A DNA stretch of 64,000 nucleotides. Source: Antedon mediterranea. Lineage: Eukaryota > Animalia > Echinodermata. The notes under the pieces were generated by a model. The model did not search any database and had not been told where the DNA came from. It worked only from the letters and a program-made list of their open reading frames with translations. This document shows, in pieces, positions 1 to 13,300 of this stretch. The stretch covers positions 14,030,871 to 14,094,870 of the forward strand of contig NC_092676.1 in assembly GCF_964355755.1 (NCBI RefSeq), given 5' to 3'. Position 1 is the stretch's first letter. The number at the start of each line of letters is the position of its first letter. The translations under genes and the position numbers were made by a program.

Positions 1-85
1 ACAATATTATATTTAACGTTTATTACTAACATAAGATTTTTTACTAATTTTTTAACTAATATTTAACTAACATACATACATTACA

Positions 86-3068
86 CTATTCTACGCGAGC
101 ATTGCGAGTGATCAGTTTACTCGCGGCAAGCATTAGCGAACGTACACTACGTTGGCCCTCGCGGTATTCGTTCCACAATGTTGTCAGTCTCTCGTTTGCC
201 ACCTTGCTGCCCGTTCGTGTTCTTCTCAACTCGTCTTCTCTGTAGATCATCTCTACGTTGATTGATACCGTGACGGCCTCGTTGTACAATAACTCTGCTA
301 ACATGTAGAATGGAATGCTTGCTGAAAGAGGAAAAGAAAAAGAAAATTAAAACAAATTATGGTTATAAACAGTGTAATTGTTATGCGCGCCGAGTTGGCA
401 TAGTAGTTATGTTATTTGATTTTTTTCTTACCACGTTTGCCTTTGCGGTTGAGTCGATGGTGCCATCCCTCAAGATCGTTATTCGTCCTTATATCCTGTC
501 TGTACACTACCCAATCTTCAGGTCCAAACACCGCTCCATCTATCCAAAACGACCGCATGTATCTCATCAGCTGTTGCATCGTCAGTACGTCTCCAGTACG
601 TCTCCAGTAGATTCTTCAAGATGTCTAAACGCTGCCTGTACATGTTCTAACGGAATAATCGGTAACGACATCAACTGCCTGATGATCTAAAAAAATAAGA
701 AAAAGAAACATTAATTTGTTAGTACTTTTACACAAAGCTTTTTTTTTCAATAAAGTAGACGCATGAAGATTTTGGCATCGTTGGTAGTAAGGCAATCTGT
801 CCCACGTACACCGATGTCATCTCGTATCAACTGGAAATAAAGAATAATCACAATTGTAATACAAACATGGAACATATTAAAATATGAAATGATTCAAAAA
901 AATAATAAAAGTTTAAACGATAGTGTACCTTTTCTACTATTTCCGCCGCAGAATCGAAGGGATTCTCCATTGCTTTAACCTTCACGTCACGTCGGAGGAG
1001 CGCAACTTTCTCCCGCCCTATTAAAGAAAAAAATAGATACACAGTATATCAATTGGTGATTTTACTTTAAAAAAATAAGAATACTATTCAAATTTAGTTT
1101 CCTTAGTCTTTATACCTGGAATAACTCCGCATATGTGTTCATGTACACCACGTATAAATTCTCCATTCTTCTCCAACACTGTTGCTTTGCACGTCACATT
1201 CTTGTTTCTGAGAGAACATCTCCATGTTGTATTTGCCCGTCTTTTATCAATCTTCTCTGTATATTGGTACCCATGACTGTCTACAAGCGAGTCCTGAAAC
1301 AACAGAAGGTTAAGTTGGTTTTCACAAGAAAATGCGATAAATTAAAAAAAAACAAATTTGACAAAGAATAGATTTATAAATATTTAAAGAACTTACATTC
1401 CCACGTTTTGTTGTTCCTGCTAATCGCTGATAAGTAACGATGTCATCATCAACAGCAGGCATCACTGGTATTGGTTGTGGTTCAGGGTAAGGATTCAGTA
1501 CCTCTTCTTCTATATGAACGATTGGTTCCAAAAAGTCGCCAAGGTCGCCTGCAAAAATCTCCAGTTGCGGCACCGGCTGGACGTTGTTTTCTGGAGCACA
1601 TTCTCTACATGTCCAATCAATAAAACCCTCTTCGACGGCTAACCTGTACGCTGCTCTTGTCACTCCCGAGTCACACCGACGATGTTGCCATCTCTTACAC
1701 TCTTCGCAAAACAGTCCTTCTTGCCAGGGGTGGCGCCAGGATCTTCCCGACGCGGGGGCTACATTCCCCGACGAGGGGGCTATGCGAGCGAAGCGAGCAT
1801 CACTAGGCTGGGGGCCAGGGGGCCGCTAAGGGCCCCGGTGGGGGTCCAGGGGGCGAAGCCCCCGGAAGCAACGCGTTCTAGCGTCATTTGAGGTCATTTT
1901 AATCAGATTTAGGGTAGCCATTTTTTCCATTTTTTATAATGCATAAATAAAATACTGCGTGCAAAAAAACGATGCACGATGACTGTTTCAATCCATATTT
2001 TTCAATTTAAAAAATAAAAGTTCAAAGAAAATTTAGAAAAATAGAGTTGGAGGTCCCGGAAATTGGACTTATTATACTTCAAAACATGAAACAAAATATA
2101 CAAGTCCCTATCAAGGTTGTGACTGAGCTAAGAAATTTTTGAAAAATAGAGATGTTAGGTCCCGGAAAATGCACTTCTTGTACTTCGAAATATGACCAGC
2201 TTTATTGTTGGGGCTGAGCTAAGAAACTGTTTAAAACTAGAGCTACAGGTCTTCAAAAAATTGCATTTTATACTTCGGAAACATCAGGCCTAGGAGGCTT
2301 AAAAAACGCAAGCGTAGACCATTTTCAGTCGGGGAAATAAGTTTATTCCTCCCAAGTGTATGCGTGCGTACCATCTGGACTTCCGAGTGGTGAGAAATTC
2401 ATGACATACAGGACATTGAAAATGTAATAACTTAGCTATAATAAGATGTTGGCTAAGCGAAAATGGCATGTTTTTTTGTTTAGTAATGGATGACAATTTT
2501 ATTTTAGGTGCCCCACGGTACAGAATGTTACTTGTAAATTAAAAAAATTGGTGAACATACGAACAATTAACATAATTCGTTTTTGCTGTAGTGTAGCGTA
2601 CGTCGACGCAGTACACGACGTAACCGTCAGTAAAATAACAGTACACATTTTGGTCCCTGGATGGAACATGATATCACGCGTCTCGACCCAACGTTGAACG
2701 ATTCGTACAAAGGGATACCGCCAGACAAGTGCGAACCTAGCTATTGTTTAGTAGTAAGTTAGATCGCTGGCAATAATGAATGCATAAAAGTGCATAATAG
2801 CCCTCTGACGTACACTCACGGTCAATGGAACGTCGTGGTTTTCTTGGCGCTGAAGCTATATGAAGTGAACGCGAACGTTTTTTACTGTATATTATATTCC
2901 CCGACAAAAAGTACCCGTGTTCCCCGACGGGGGGGGGGGGGGGCTAGGCTCCCCGACGAGGGAGATAGAGCCCCCGTAGCCCCCCCCCCCCCCCCCCCCC
3001 CCCGCTGGCGCCACCACTGCTTCTTGCTGTTCCGTTACGGGTTCGCCACATTCAATACAATCCTTCAT
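86..3068 (-). pseudogene. Decayed intron-containing Mutator-like (MULE) transposase gene with N-terminal PHD and FLYWCH fingers
   Basis: Removing the insert at 1725-3019 restores MKDCIECGEPVTEQQEGLFCEECKRWQHRRCDSG...WTCREC (C4HC3 PHD). Exon 1293-1116 encodes GYQYT..TWRCS..CKATV..HEHIC (FLYWCH). Exon ~687-432 encodes RQLMSLPIIP and RTNNDLEGWHHRLN, a MULE C-terminal hallmark. GT-AG introns are visible. An 11-bp duplication (583-604) shifts the frame, and the central catalytic DD region was not found. Confidence 0.8.
1725..3019. mobile_element. Non-autonomous hAT-type MITE with 8-bp TSD
   Basis: TIRs CAGGGGTGGCGCCAG / CTGGCGCCACCACTG; perfect flanking duplication CTTCTTGC (1717-1724, 3020-3027); splits the PHD exon. 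Confidence 0.9.
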
Positions 3069-5028
3069 GGTTCGTAGATAATCAGTAAAAGTGTAGTTAA
3101 CAATTCAGATGAAAATTCAGAAATAAGTAGGCCTAATATTCCCTAAAATGATGTTCTCTTATAAAGCTGCGCGCACTCCGGTTATTGTTTTACCGATTAC
3201 AAAAAAGAATCCTTAAATGTACCGATTTTTGTGTGTGTGTATTGTGTGACGGTAAACGCGTAACTTAAAAGCGTTATTAAATAATGGTCATTGTTTAGCC
3301 AAACTCCTTGCAAGTAACCGACTGCCCTTGTGTCATCATGCGCTTGCATGCGATGAAATAAAACAAACAATTACAACTTTTTTTTTTAGTCTTTTTAATA
3401 ACTTTTGTAATAACTAGTAAATCACTTTATGAAATTAGACATTATAAAGCAAGGTTTCGATGTTGTACTTAAATCACATACTTTTTTTATGTTAGATTAT
3501 ACAGTCATAAACAAGTGACGTTTTATATTATTTATTAACTCAGAACAACAAAATGTTATTTCTAAATCATTTAATGTGTATTTTGTGATATTGAACATAA
3601 AATCATGCTTTCTTTGTTCTTTATATAAAGAAAGTAGGAAACAGGTTGAATTATAATGACATAAGATAAATGAAATGTTTTCATTTGTACCGGTCGGGAA
3701 ATGTGCCCCAACGATTATATTTAAGACTGAAAGGAATGCAAGTTATATACTATCATTATATTAATTTAAGGATATGCACTGCTATAGTTATAATGAAGAA
3801 GAGTGTGTGTAAAATAAATATAAAACCAATAATGAACATATTATATTAACATAACGTAAGAAAAGAAATGTAAGTGGAAACGGACGCCACAACAATAATA
3901 ATCAAGGTTTATTTATTTCAATTGTTCTGCAGTTAACAAAACTGAATTACAACAATCGTGACAATTTATAAAAATAGTAAAAATTGGATAAATAATAAAA
4001 TGTAACATTAATATTAACATCTCCATTTATCACATACAACAAGCAAGCTAGCTTATTAGTGAAAAACTAAAACATACAATAAATTTTAAAGTTATTATTC
4101 ACCATTATTTTTATATTTAACTTTGCTGTTAATAACACTTCAACAAATTGAAGACACAAAACATAACACATTTCATTGTTATGTTAATAAAAAAAACAAC
4201 CATGCTACACCACCTTCATTGTCTAAGATGGGATTCAAGACACTCCCTCATTGTTTTAAAACAATAGCAGTAGTAGCTTTTTCAGAGTTATCGCAATCCA
4301 ATGTTGGTAGATTTTACTGTGATACTGTATAATACTGAAATAATTCAAGCCTTACTAAATATTAATTTTTCAAAAAATCACTATAAAAAAGGAATTTCGA
4401 AAAACTGTAATGTTATTTTGTTCCTCCTATTTTCTTACGAATGCATAGGCATTTAAGTATTATATATACATATGTATACAATATTATTATATATTTTTAT
4501 TATTATTATATAGGCCTATATTACCAGAGTTTTAATATACGTAATGTATTATTGGATATTATTAACTGATTTAATGGTCATTCCTGTTTTTTTAGGCCTG
4601 CAAAAGTAAATGTACAAGACACAAGTATAAGTTTTAAGTTTATTGCCCGTTTAAGATTATCATTATAATTACTGACGTATATCTAAATCATTTAAAATAG
4701 ATTCAAATATATAGACACCACAGTATTCCAAATAATACTTATATCACTCTTAAAAAGAAAGTATGATAATACGCCGTACATTTATGTCGGTCAATTTCGA
4801 TCGATCACGTTACTATGCACCCACATTTTTAGAATGGAATAACCCAATGAGAAGACCAGCAGAACAAACGGCAGTTTATGCATAATTGGCGCGCCATTCA
4901 TAGCCATTTATATGGGCATTCAAAACATTGCGGCCGAACACGATGTACACCTTGGTCCATCAGGCCTAGCCTAATCTATGTTACAGTTAAATAATAGGAG
5001 ATCCTAGCTAGGCCATAATGACAAATAT

Positions 5029-6245
5029 TATGGAAGGCAATCACCGCCAAAAATACAAAAGTAAAACAAACAACGTACTTTCACAAACGAACAACGTAAT
5101 TTCACAAACGAACGATCTAAACTAAAACAAAGAACGTACACTTTTACAAACGAACAACCTACTTTCACAAACGAACAACCTTCTTTCACAAACGAACAAT
5201 CTACTTTCACAAACGAACGAACTAATGTAAAACAAACAACGTACTTTAAAAAACGAACAACCTACTTTTACGCGAACAACGTATTTTTTACAAACGGACA
5301 ACGTACATTGATAAACGAACAACCTGCTTTACCAAACGATGTAGATTGCCGAATGAACTAAGGACTCGTCCATTTTTTAAGTCGGGTATAAAAACACCAC
5401 ATGACCTGAGGAAAATAAAATGTTGTTAGTAGTGAGCTCTCTATTTTGTGTCTAAGAATATAGAGTATTACACTATATAACTACATACAGTGTAGCAAAG
5501 GTAAAATTATGGGACCCGCCTTTTATTTCAATTTTTATTATGATGACGTCATCAAAATGAACACGAAGATAGCAATTTTGGAAGGAATTTATCTGAGCAA
5601 CAACATATTAACGTGTAGAATTGAAGAATTTGGATGCGTAGAATAAATAGATGCGCGCTATTTTAAATGAACTATGACGCAAAAGATAATAATACGACTT
5701 TTATAATTCAACTGGCCATAAATGATGTCACAACATTCGATACGCAACATTTTTACATGAATTCGTATCTAGAATTCAACATCTTCCAGAAAACGTTTTC
5801 ATGAGGGTCACTTTTCCTTGTCAGGATGAGTTTTGCTTACGCGCGCAAGATACAGGCTGCTCGCTTTGAGATCCCTAAGGCATATCCTCTTATCGAAACT
5901 TTTGCAATTACCCGACTTAAAAAATAGACGATTCCTTAGTTCATTCGGCAATCTACATCGTTTGGTAAAGCAGGTTGTTCGTTTATCAATGTACGTTGTC
6001 CGTTTGTAAAAAATACGTTGTTCGCGTAAAAGTAGGTTGTTCGTTTTTTAAAGTACGTTGTTTGTTTTACATTAGTTCGTTCATTTGTGAAAGTAGGTTG
6101 TTCGTTTGTGAAAGTACGTTCTTTGTTTTAATTTAGATCGTTCGTTTGTGAAAGTAGGTTGTTCGTTTGTGAAAGTACGTTGTTCGTTTGTGAAAGTACG
6201 TTGTTTGTTTTACTTTTGTATTTTTGGCGGCGATTGCCTTCCATA
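5029..6245. mobile_element. Non-autonomous DNA transposon, IS3EU-like (TAT...ATA termini, 6-bp TSD)
   Basis: ~360-bp TIRs starting TATGGAAGGCAATC with subterminal TTTCACAAACGAACAAC repeats; TSD AAATAT at 5023-5028 and 6246-6251. Confidence 0.8.
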
Positions 6246-6732
6246 AAATATCCTTCACTTCGAACTACGACCAAAACATGATAAAACTATCAGTAGTTCA
6301 AAATACAGATAACAATTACCTATACGATGAAAGAAGATTGATGTGATTAGTGATTGTGATCTTCTCCGATTATCTCGCTCGCCAATGGAAAACAATGGCG
6401 CCTGAATCTCTAACCGGCCTCTCGCTCGCGCGCGCCGCGTGATCATGTGACTTATCTGCAAGCGCTATGTGCGTTAAACATGACAGTGAGAAACTTCAAC
6501 GAGTAGGCTACTTTAAACGTCATGCGTTAATAAAATATTTTCACGGAGTCGAGTAAATATAGCAAAACAGGAAAAACCCGTACTGAGATATTCGTAGCTC
6601 TGAAATTCATATTCATAGGTTCTCATTAAAATTTATCATACCCATTTTTAAAATGTGCATGATTGCTCATTTCGTCAGTGGGTGCACCGATTCATAATCA
6701 GCCAGACCATAAATAGATAAACTTTTTAATTC

Positions 6733-7280
6733 TTATGAACCCCAAATGCACTGACCCTTATGGGCAGGCTTATACGTTTTCAATATATGTTCCACAAACA
6801 GCCCATATGTGTTTGCCCATAACACTCCTTTATGGGCACCAAATACACTGGCCCTTATGGGCAGGCCCATATATTTTAAATATATTTCCCGTATGGTTTG
6901 GCCCTTACGGTGCCCGCATATCAATGCCCATACTTTTCCAACATGGGCCGTTCCACAAACAGCCCATATGTGTTTGCCCATAACATCTTTATGGGCCCCA
7001 AATGCACTGGCCCATATGGGCAGACCCATACATTTTCAATATATTTCCTGTATGGTTTGGCCCATATGGTGCCCGTATATAATTGCCCATACTTTTCCAA
7101 CATGGGCAGTTCCACAAACAGCCCATATGTGTTTGCCCATAACATACCTTTATGGGCCCCATATGAAACATATCTTTATGGTGTGGCCCTTATTGGCCCC
7201 ATAAGGGTTAGGTATAGTAAGGGCCTGCCCATATGGCCCGGAATTTTCCCATAAGGGCCCCACAAAGTTTGCTACCTGGG
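6733..7280. repeat. ~160-bp tandem repeat (about 3 units, GCCCATAT-rich) ending in a CTGGG terminus; probable CACTA/EnSpm-like MITE end
   Basis: TTCCACAAACAGCCCATATGTGTTTGCCCATAACA recurs at 6790, 6951 and 7110; the block ends ...GCTACCTGGG (reverse complement CCCAG). Confidence 0.65.
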
Positions 7281-8097
7281 ATTTTATCGCAACCGATTTC
7301 AAGTACGACCGATTTCAAGCGCGACCGATTTCATCTGACACCACTCTGTCACCCTAAACACCACCGCGCAGAAGGCCTATTGCTTTTAGCACAGCCATTT
7401 TAACCCCAAAAAATTCGTTAACACGATGAAATTAGAAGTTTAAATATTGTTTAGAGTTTTGAAATGTCCACGTTTAAGGGTATAATTTGAACACATCGCG
7501 CAAGAAAACAAAACAAAGTTCGATACTTTTCTCTTTTTTAAATACAGATTTTCTGTTGTCCGATTTTAGAGACTGTTTTACAAGACGTTTATAGTATTTT
7601 TATCTATCAAATAAGTGCATAAATCATTTATTGCAATTTTTTCCACCAAATGTCCAAAGCACGTCAGGAAAATAATGTATTGAAATTCTTTGAATGAGGT
7701 TAAATAAACACTCTTTTTATTTAATAAACATGTAATATCATATTAATTTGATTGAATTTTACAATGTTGATACAAGTTCATACAATTGCCTACTGAGGGC
7801 GCAATTTATTTACTTCGTTACCGGACCGACTTCGTTCGTCGTTCGTGGCTAAAAACGATTACTTTCTGCGATGTTTTGGACCCTAGGCCTATATTTCATA
7901 ATTCTTTCTTTATTTTAATATTGATACAAAATATTAACAGGCAATGTACGCTATTAACTTCTAATGTTGCATCGGTATGCGTAGTAGGCCTAGCTTAACT
8001 AATGTTGCTTCGTTATCATATCCTTTAGGTAGTAGTAGGCCTAGGCCTACTTACTACTCTAGTAAAGTACAACTACTGTAGTAGGCTTAGTATGTGT

Positions 8098-9859
8098 GAA
8101 TGCTAGTCAAGTCGGCCCATATAAAATCGGCCCTTACAAAGTCGCCCCATCGCAAAATCACCCCGTCGCGCAAAGTCGCCCCATCGCAAAGTCGCCCCAT
8201 CGCAAAGTTGCCCAAACACAAAGTCAGCCCATTGGATTGCAAAGTCGCCCCAAAACGTTAAAACAGTGCGTAAAATATCGCAATGATACACAAAATAACA
8301 CGGAAAACACATGTCATGTAGTCTCAGGTTACACGATCGGCACACTCCCATCCGGAGTACGTCTGAGAGGAAGCCCCCGACTAATCACTCCGCGGTCGCA
8401 CTAACGCGCTAGTTTACCAGAGGGAAACCCATGTAATTACTCCGCGGTTGTCGCACTACACAACGCACAATCTGAAGAAGAGGGGAAACCCCGCCGGAGT
8501 CACTCCGACTTTTACGATGATATCGGTCGCGTTCGAAATCGGTCGCGTTCGAAATCGGTCGAGATAAAATGATGTTACTATCTAGATTAGACTATAGACT
8601 TTGGTCGATGAATATTTATTATTGAATTTTTGTTGTTTTATTAGTTATTATTTCTTTTTTATTTTTAAATGCGCCTTGAGCACTCTGGAGTGGTATGTGC
8701 GCTATAAAAATCTTATTATTATTATTATGCCTTAAAAAATTAAACATAGTTTAAGATTATAGTATTATTCGGCATATGTCGTAAATGATGACGTGCGTAT
8801 TTGTATTCGTCGTACGTCCGTGTACGTACTATTCCGTGCCTCTTCACTGTCTTGTTTAATTTAAAATTAAATAAACACCCGATATGAGGATGTTTATTAG
8901 GTATGCTAATTAGAATGTTCTAATAACCAAAAGGGTTGAAAGAATTTCTTCAGTAAAATGATCATTGTGCTGTTGATTAAAAGGCGACTCACAATTTGAA
9001 ACCAGTCAGAGCTGCGCCTTCTGGCAGCTGTTTCCTCACAGTTGCTACGTCTTTCTGCTAAACGTCGGGGATTCCCTTTTAAAAAAACACGCACACGATA
9101 CTGTACGATGGTTTTTCCATGGTCAAAATGTAGCGTTTTAATTTTACTAAAATACCTGCATGTAAAACGATCATATCGGCGAGAAATCTTTTTTTTATTT
9201 CTTCATTTTGAAAAGTAATAATAAAATTCAATAACAATAGACATATAACTAGTCAATAAATGCAAAATAATCAATAAGTAGCCTATAACACTCAGTGTCT
9301 TACAACGCTGTTTGTTTTAACTAATCTATACGAAGGCCTACTACACATTTATACATTTATTATATTATCCTAAAAAACTAAATCTACTTGTAATTTGAAG
9401 AAAGATTGGCTCCGGTAACTAGTTTTAAATCATATTAGTAAATTAACATTTTCAAAACTATAAATCAGGGATAATCTTTTTAGAACTTTCAAACAAGGAA
9501 CTATTTTTTTAATGATTCAAAAAGCACATTACTCCCCCATTAAAACCTGTAAAATAAAAATTAAAACACAAATTATGTATATAATAGGATAAACATTATA
9601 ATGTATATGACATTTAGGGCGACAAAAGTAACAACGCGATCGATATCCACCGCAACTGATATGATTAAACAGCGTGCTACTAGCGGCGCCGCTTCATACC
9701 GAAATGAAACTTTGAAAAAGACTTTGCGATGGGGCGACTTTGCGATGGGCGGCTGTGCCGGGGCAATTTTGCGTTGGGGCGACTTTGTGATGGGGCGACT
9801 TTGTGATGGGGCGACTTTGTGATGGGGCGACTTTGCGATGGTGCGACTTGACTGGATCC
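8098..9859. mobile_element. MULE-like non-autonomous element with AAAGTCGCCCCATCGC subterminal repeats
   Basis: Inverted repeat blocks at 8105-8255 and 9720-9859; degenerate 9-bp flanks AGTATGTGT / TGTATGTGC. Confidence 0.7.
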
Positions 9860-10197
9860 TGTATGTGCGTGATTAGGAAGTTAATGCTACTACCCTGGAA
9901 TATGTACATATACTGTAGTTTATGATTTTATTTTTGTTTTTTACAGTAGACTATATTTACACAAAATGTTTACTACTGATTGTTTTTAAACAAAAATCAT
10001 TATATTTTAAGAAAGAACAATGATTAAAAATGTTAATCAAAATGTCGAGCAGCGTTTTTTGTAAGAAATATTTCTTGTTTTGTTTTGAGATTAGTGTGGC
10101 ATGAGTTTGAGTTAAAATTACTGGCATCAGAAAATTATAGTATACACAAACAGTTTGGCCTATATTATGAATGATTCAATTTGGTTTTTTTTCAGCA

Positions 10198-10306
10198 ATG
10201 GATGTGTTAAAACCGCCCATTGTAAATGTAGGTGGTAGATTCTATCGAAAAATACTAACATCTGAAAGTCGTGGATGCAATGAATCTGAACAAGCCCCTT
10301 ATATAG
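10198..10306 (+). CDS. ASCC1: ASCC1 coding exon 1
   Basis: ttcag acceptor two bases before the ATG; MDVLKPPIVNVGGRFYRK; gtaaat donor, phase 1. Confidence 0.9.
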
Positions 10307-13300
10307 GTAAATGAGAACAGGCCATGGGAAATACTGATAGATAGTAGATACCACGGTTTTTGTCAGCCATAAATGTTTGAAATTTGTGCCTGCATGTTTC
10401 CTTTTTTCTTTGATGACCTTGATCCATGTAAACAATTATATCTGTTATTGTTGATATTTTCATAAAACTTGACTCTGCATGATATGTACCTAAATTGAAG
10501 TGCTGATGAGAAACATAATGTATTAGGCTGGGCATTTTTGTAAATTCTCATCTTTTTCAACACTAGATTTCAATCAATCGATCTTGATGAATTCATCTTT
10601 TTGCATCAACTGAAAGTTGAACATAGGCCATTGTTAAGGCTACATTTAGATTTACGTTTTTGTGATTGTCACATGAAAACAAATTTGTAGTTCATTTGGA
10701 TGAGCAGAGAGTCATGTTTTGTGAAATAACAGAACAAAAATGAAAACATTACCAGAACCATATTATCAAATTCCTAATTACACCTTCCTGTAGACAGTTC
10801 ACATAATTTTTGATTATGAGTATTCTTTCCTATTTAGAGGATGAGTTTACATGTGATGATGGACCTTGTGTAATTGATGACATAAAACTCATTGAACAAG
10901 GATACCAAATACAAATAAATGTACCAAGTGCTTTTTATGGTTATATCATTGGAAAAAAAGGAGAAACAAGAAAGAGGATTGAAACAGAAACTGGTGCAAA
11001 CATCATCATTCCAAAGGGCCAAGCAAACGAAGTAATAAGTAGGTCAAACAGCAACTCATTCAATCTATATATAAATTTATGTAAGGACAAATTTCGGTAA
11101 ATCTCCCCTATATTTTAGAATTTTTACTCGATGGTATATAAAGTTGGTACATACTTTCGGTACAAATATATTGCTTGACGGCTGTGAATGGAACATTCCA
11201 ATCTCAATTCCCTCAGGCGTAATCAATCGGTGCCCAAAAAAGTAATCATAACAGAAATTAAATCCAGTTTTGTTGGATCTGCATGCCTGCAGTTGGTATA
11301 AAAATGTTCAACTTAGTCGTATTAGTTTTTAGGGATTTTAACACCACAACCGATGATCAAAGATTGCGAACTATTTGATAAAATCCTAGCAGAACAAGAG
11401 GTAGACTATAGCCAATTTGTTACGGAATTGGTTGGGAGCAGGACTGAGGAGAAGTTTGGGAAGAACAAGGAGAGCAGGACAGGAGAATAGAAGGTTGTGA
11501 ATACAGTAGGGACTAGGCTAGTCGTTTAGCTGTGTGATGCAAGAGTTATATTAAGCCTGGATATGGAGTAGAGAAGCTGGTTTTTGTAGGGGATTTGTGC
11601 AGCAGGTGCATATAGCAAGATAAATGGACACAGTGCTATGTGGGCAGCTGGGGAATGAAGACGATGTGTTTCGCCTGAGAAGGTTGAATATGCTGTTATG
11701 TGGACAGTGGCTGGGAAAGAGGCTTATTGAGGATTACTTATCTACTGGTGGTTACACAGTTAGCCGGTAGTTGCACCTTGACTGAGGACTGTTTATGTAC
11801 TGGTGGTTACAGAGTTTCCGGTGGTTACGCTTTGACTGAGGGTTACTTATCTGTAACCACCAGTGATCAGTAACCCTCAGTCTAGTAAGTGTAACCACCG
11901 CCTAAATCTGTAACCACCGGCTAACTCTGTAACCACCTGCTAAATCTGTAACCACCAGTGAATCAAGTATCCTCAGTCTAAGCGTAACCACCGGTTAACT
12001 CTATAACCACATGTGAATCAACACCACTGGCTAACTCTGTAACCACCAGTGAATCAAGTCTCCTCAGTCTAAGCGTAACCACCGGCTAACTCTGTAACCA
12101 CCAGTGAATCAAGTATCCTCAGTCTAAGCGTAACCACCGGCTAATTCTGTAACCACCAGTGAATCAAGTATTCTCAATCTGAGCATAACCACTGGCTAAC
12201 TCTGTAACTACTGTAACCATAACCGTAAGCGTAACCACTGACTAACTCTGTAACCACCATCTAAATAATGTGACTCCCGGCTTATCTTTTACAGGGTTTT
12301 ACTTTTTCCTCTTATAAATAATGAAACAACAAAATAAAACTACAATACTACTCACGTCTCATGAACTTCTCAACTCCTTTATTCAATGAAAATGATTGTT
12401 TTATTCTTATCTCTATCTCTAATATCACTTCTCGTCTGGCTTCACATATCTACTCTGTAGTGCTCCTGCTATCCCACCCTCTGTTTCCTGCTGCCCTCTA
12501 CATCGTCTTTATACTCCTATCCTGACCAATCAACTGTTAGAAGTTACTCCCAATTCATGACAGTATGTACAATTTCCAAAATCTTTTGGTTGACGACAAA
12601 ATTGTGCAAAATTGAATTTATTTTTCTTTATGTATGTACAAAAGGCCACCAGAACTCAATGAAAAGAAATTGTTTTCCAACATTACCTTATTTAAATAAT
12701 AACACAATAATAAAAGACAACTTTAGAAATAAACTTTTTTTCTAAACACGTGAATTCAGGTATTTCATCAAATTTTTTAATGTACATTTTTTTCTGTTGG
12801 TATCCTAGCAATCAAATCAGAGGTAAAAAAGAATGTTGCTGCAGCAAGAGATCGAATTAATTTGCTGGTAGAATCTGCTCGTCGAAGACAACCATTCACA
12901 CATTTTCTCTCTATACCACTTATCACTCCAAAGATTACTGAGGCTGTCAACAAATTTAAAACTGATGTTCTGAAAACATGTTCTCAGGTAACAATTTACT
13001 TGGTGTAGTATTAATGAAAACAATTCTTGAAAGATGTATTGTTCTATTAGAATAGAACATTCAGGCTTTATTCAAAAATTTGGTTTCTAAAACACCTATA
13101 GTACTGTTCTAATTTAAACTTTATTCAATTAATTATGCAGTTTTTCAATCAGATTCAATTCAATGAAATGTGCCTTTAAAGCCCCACTTGAAAAATGGGC
13201 TTGTTGCATTTTTATAGGTTGCCAGGTATGGACTATAGGAATTTCAAATTAATAATAATAATAGTCCTTATTGTCTTACTGTGTGTGTATTGTGTATGTC

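Noticed and set aside
6733-7254. Overlapping ORFs on both strands
   Set aside because: They derive from a palindrome-rich tandem repeat.
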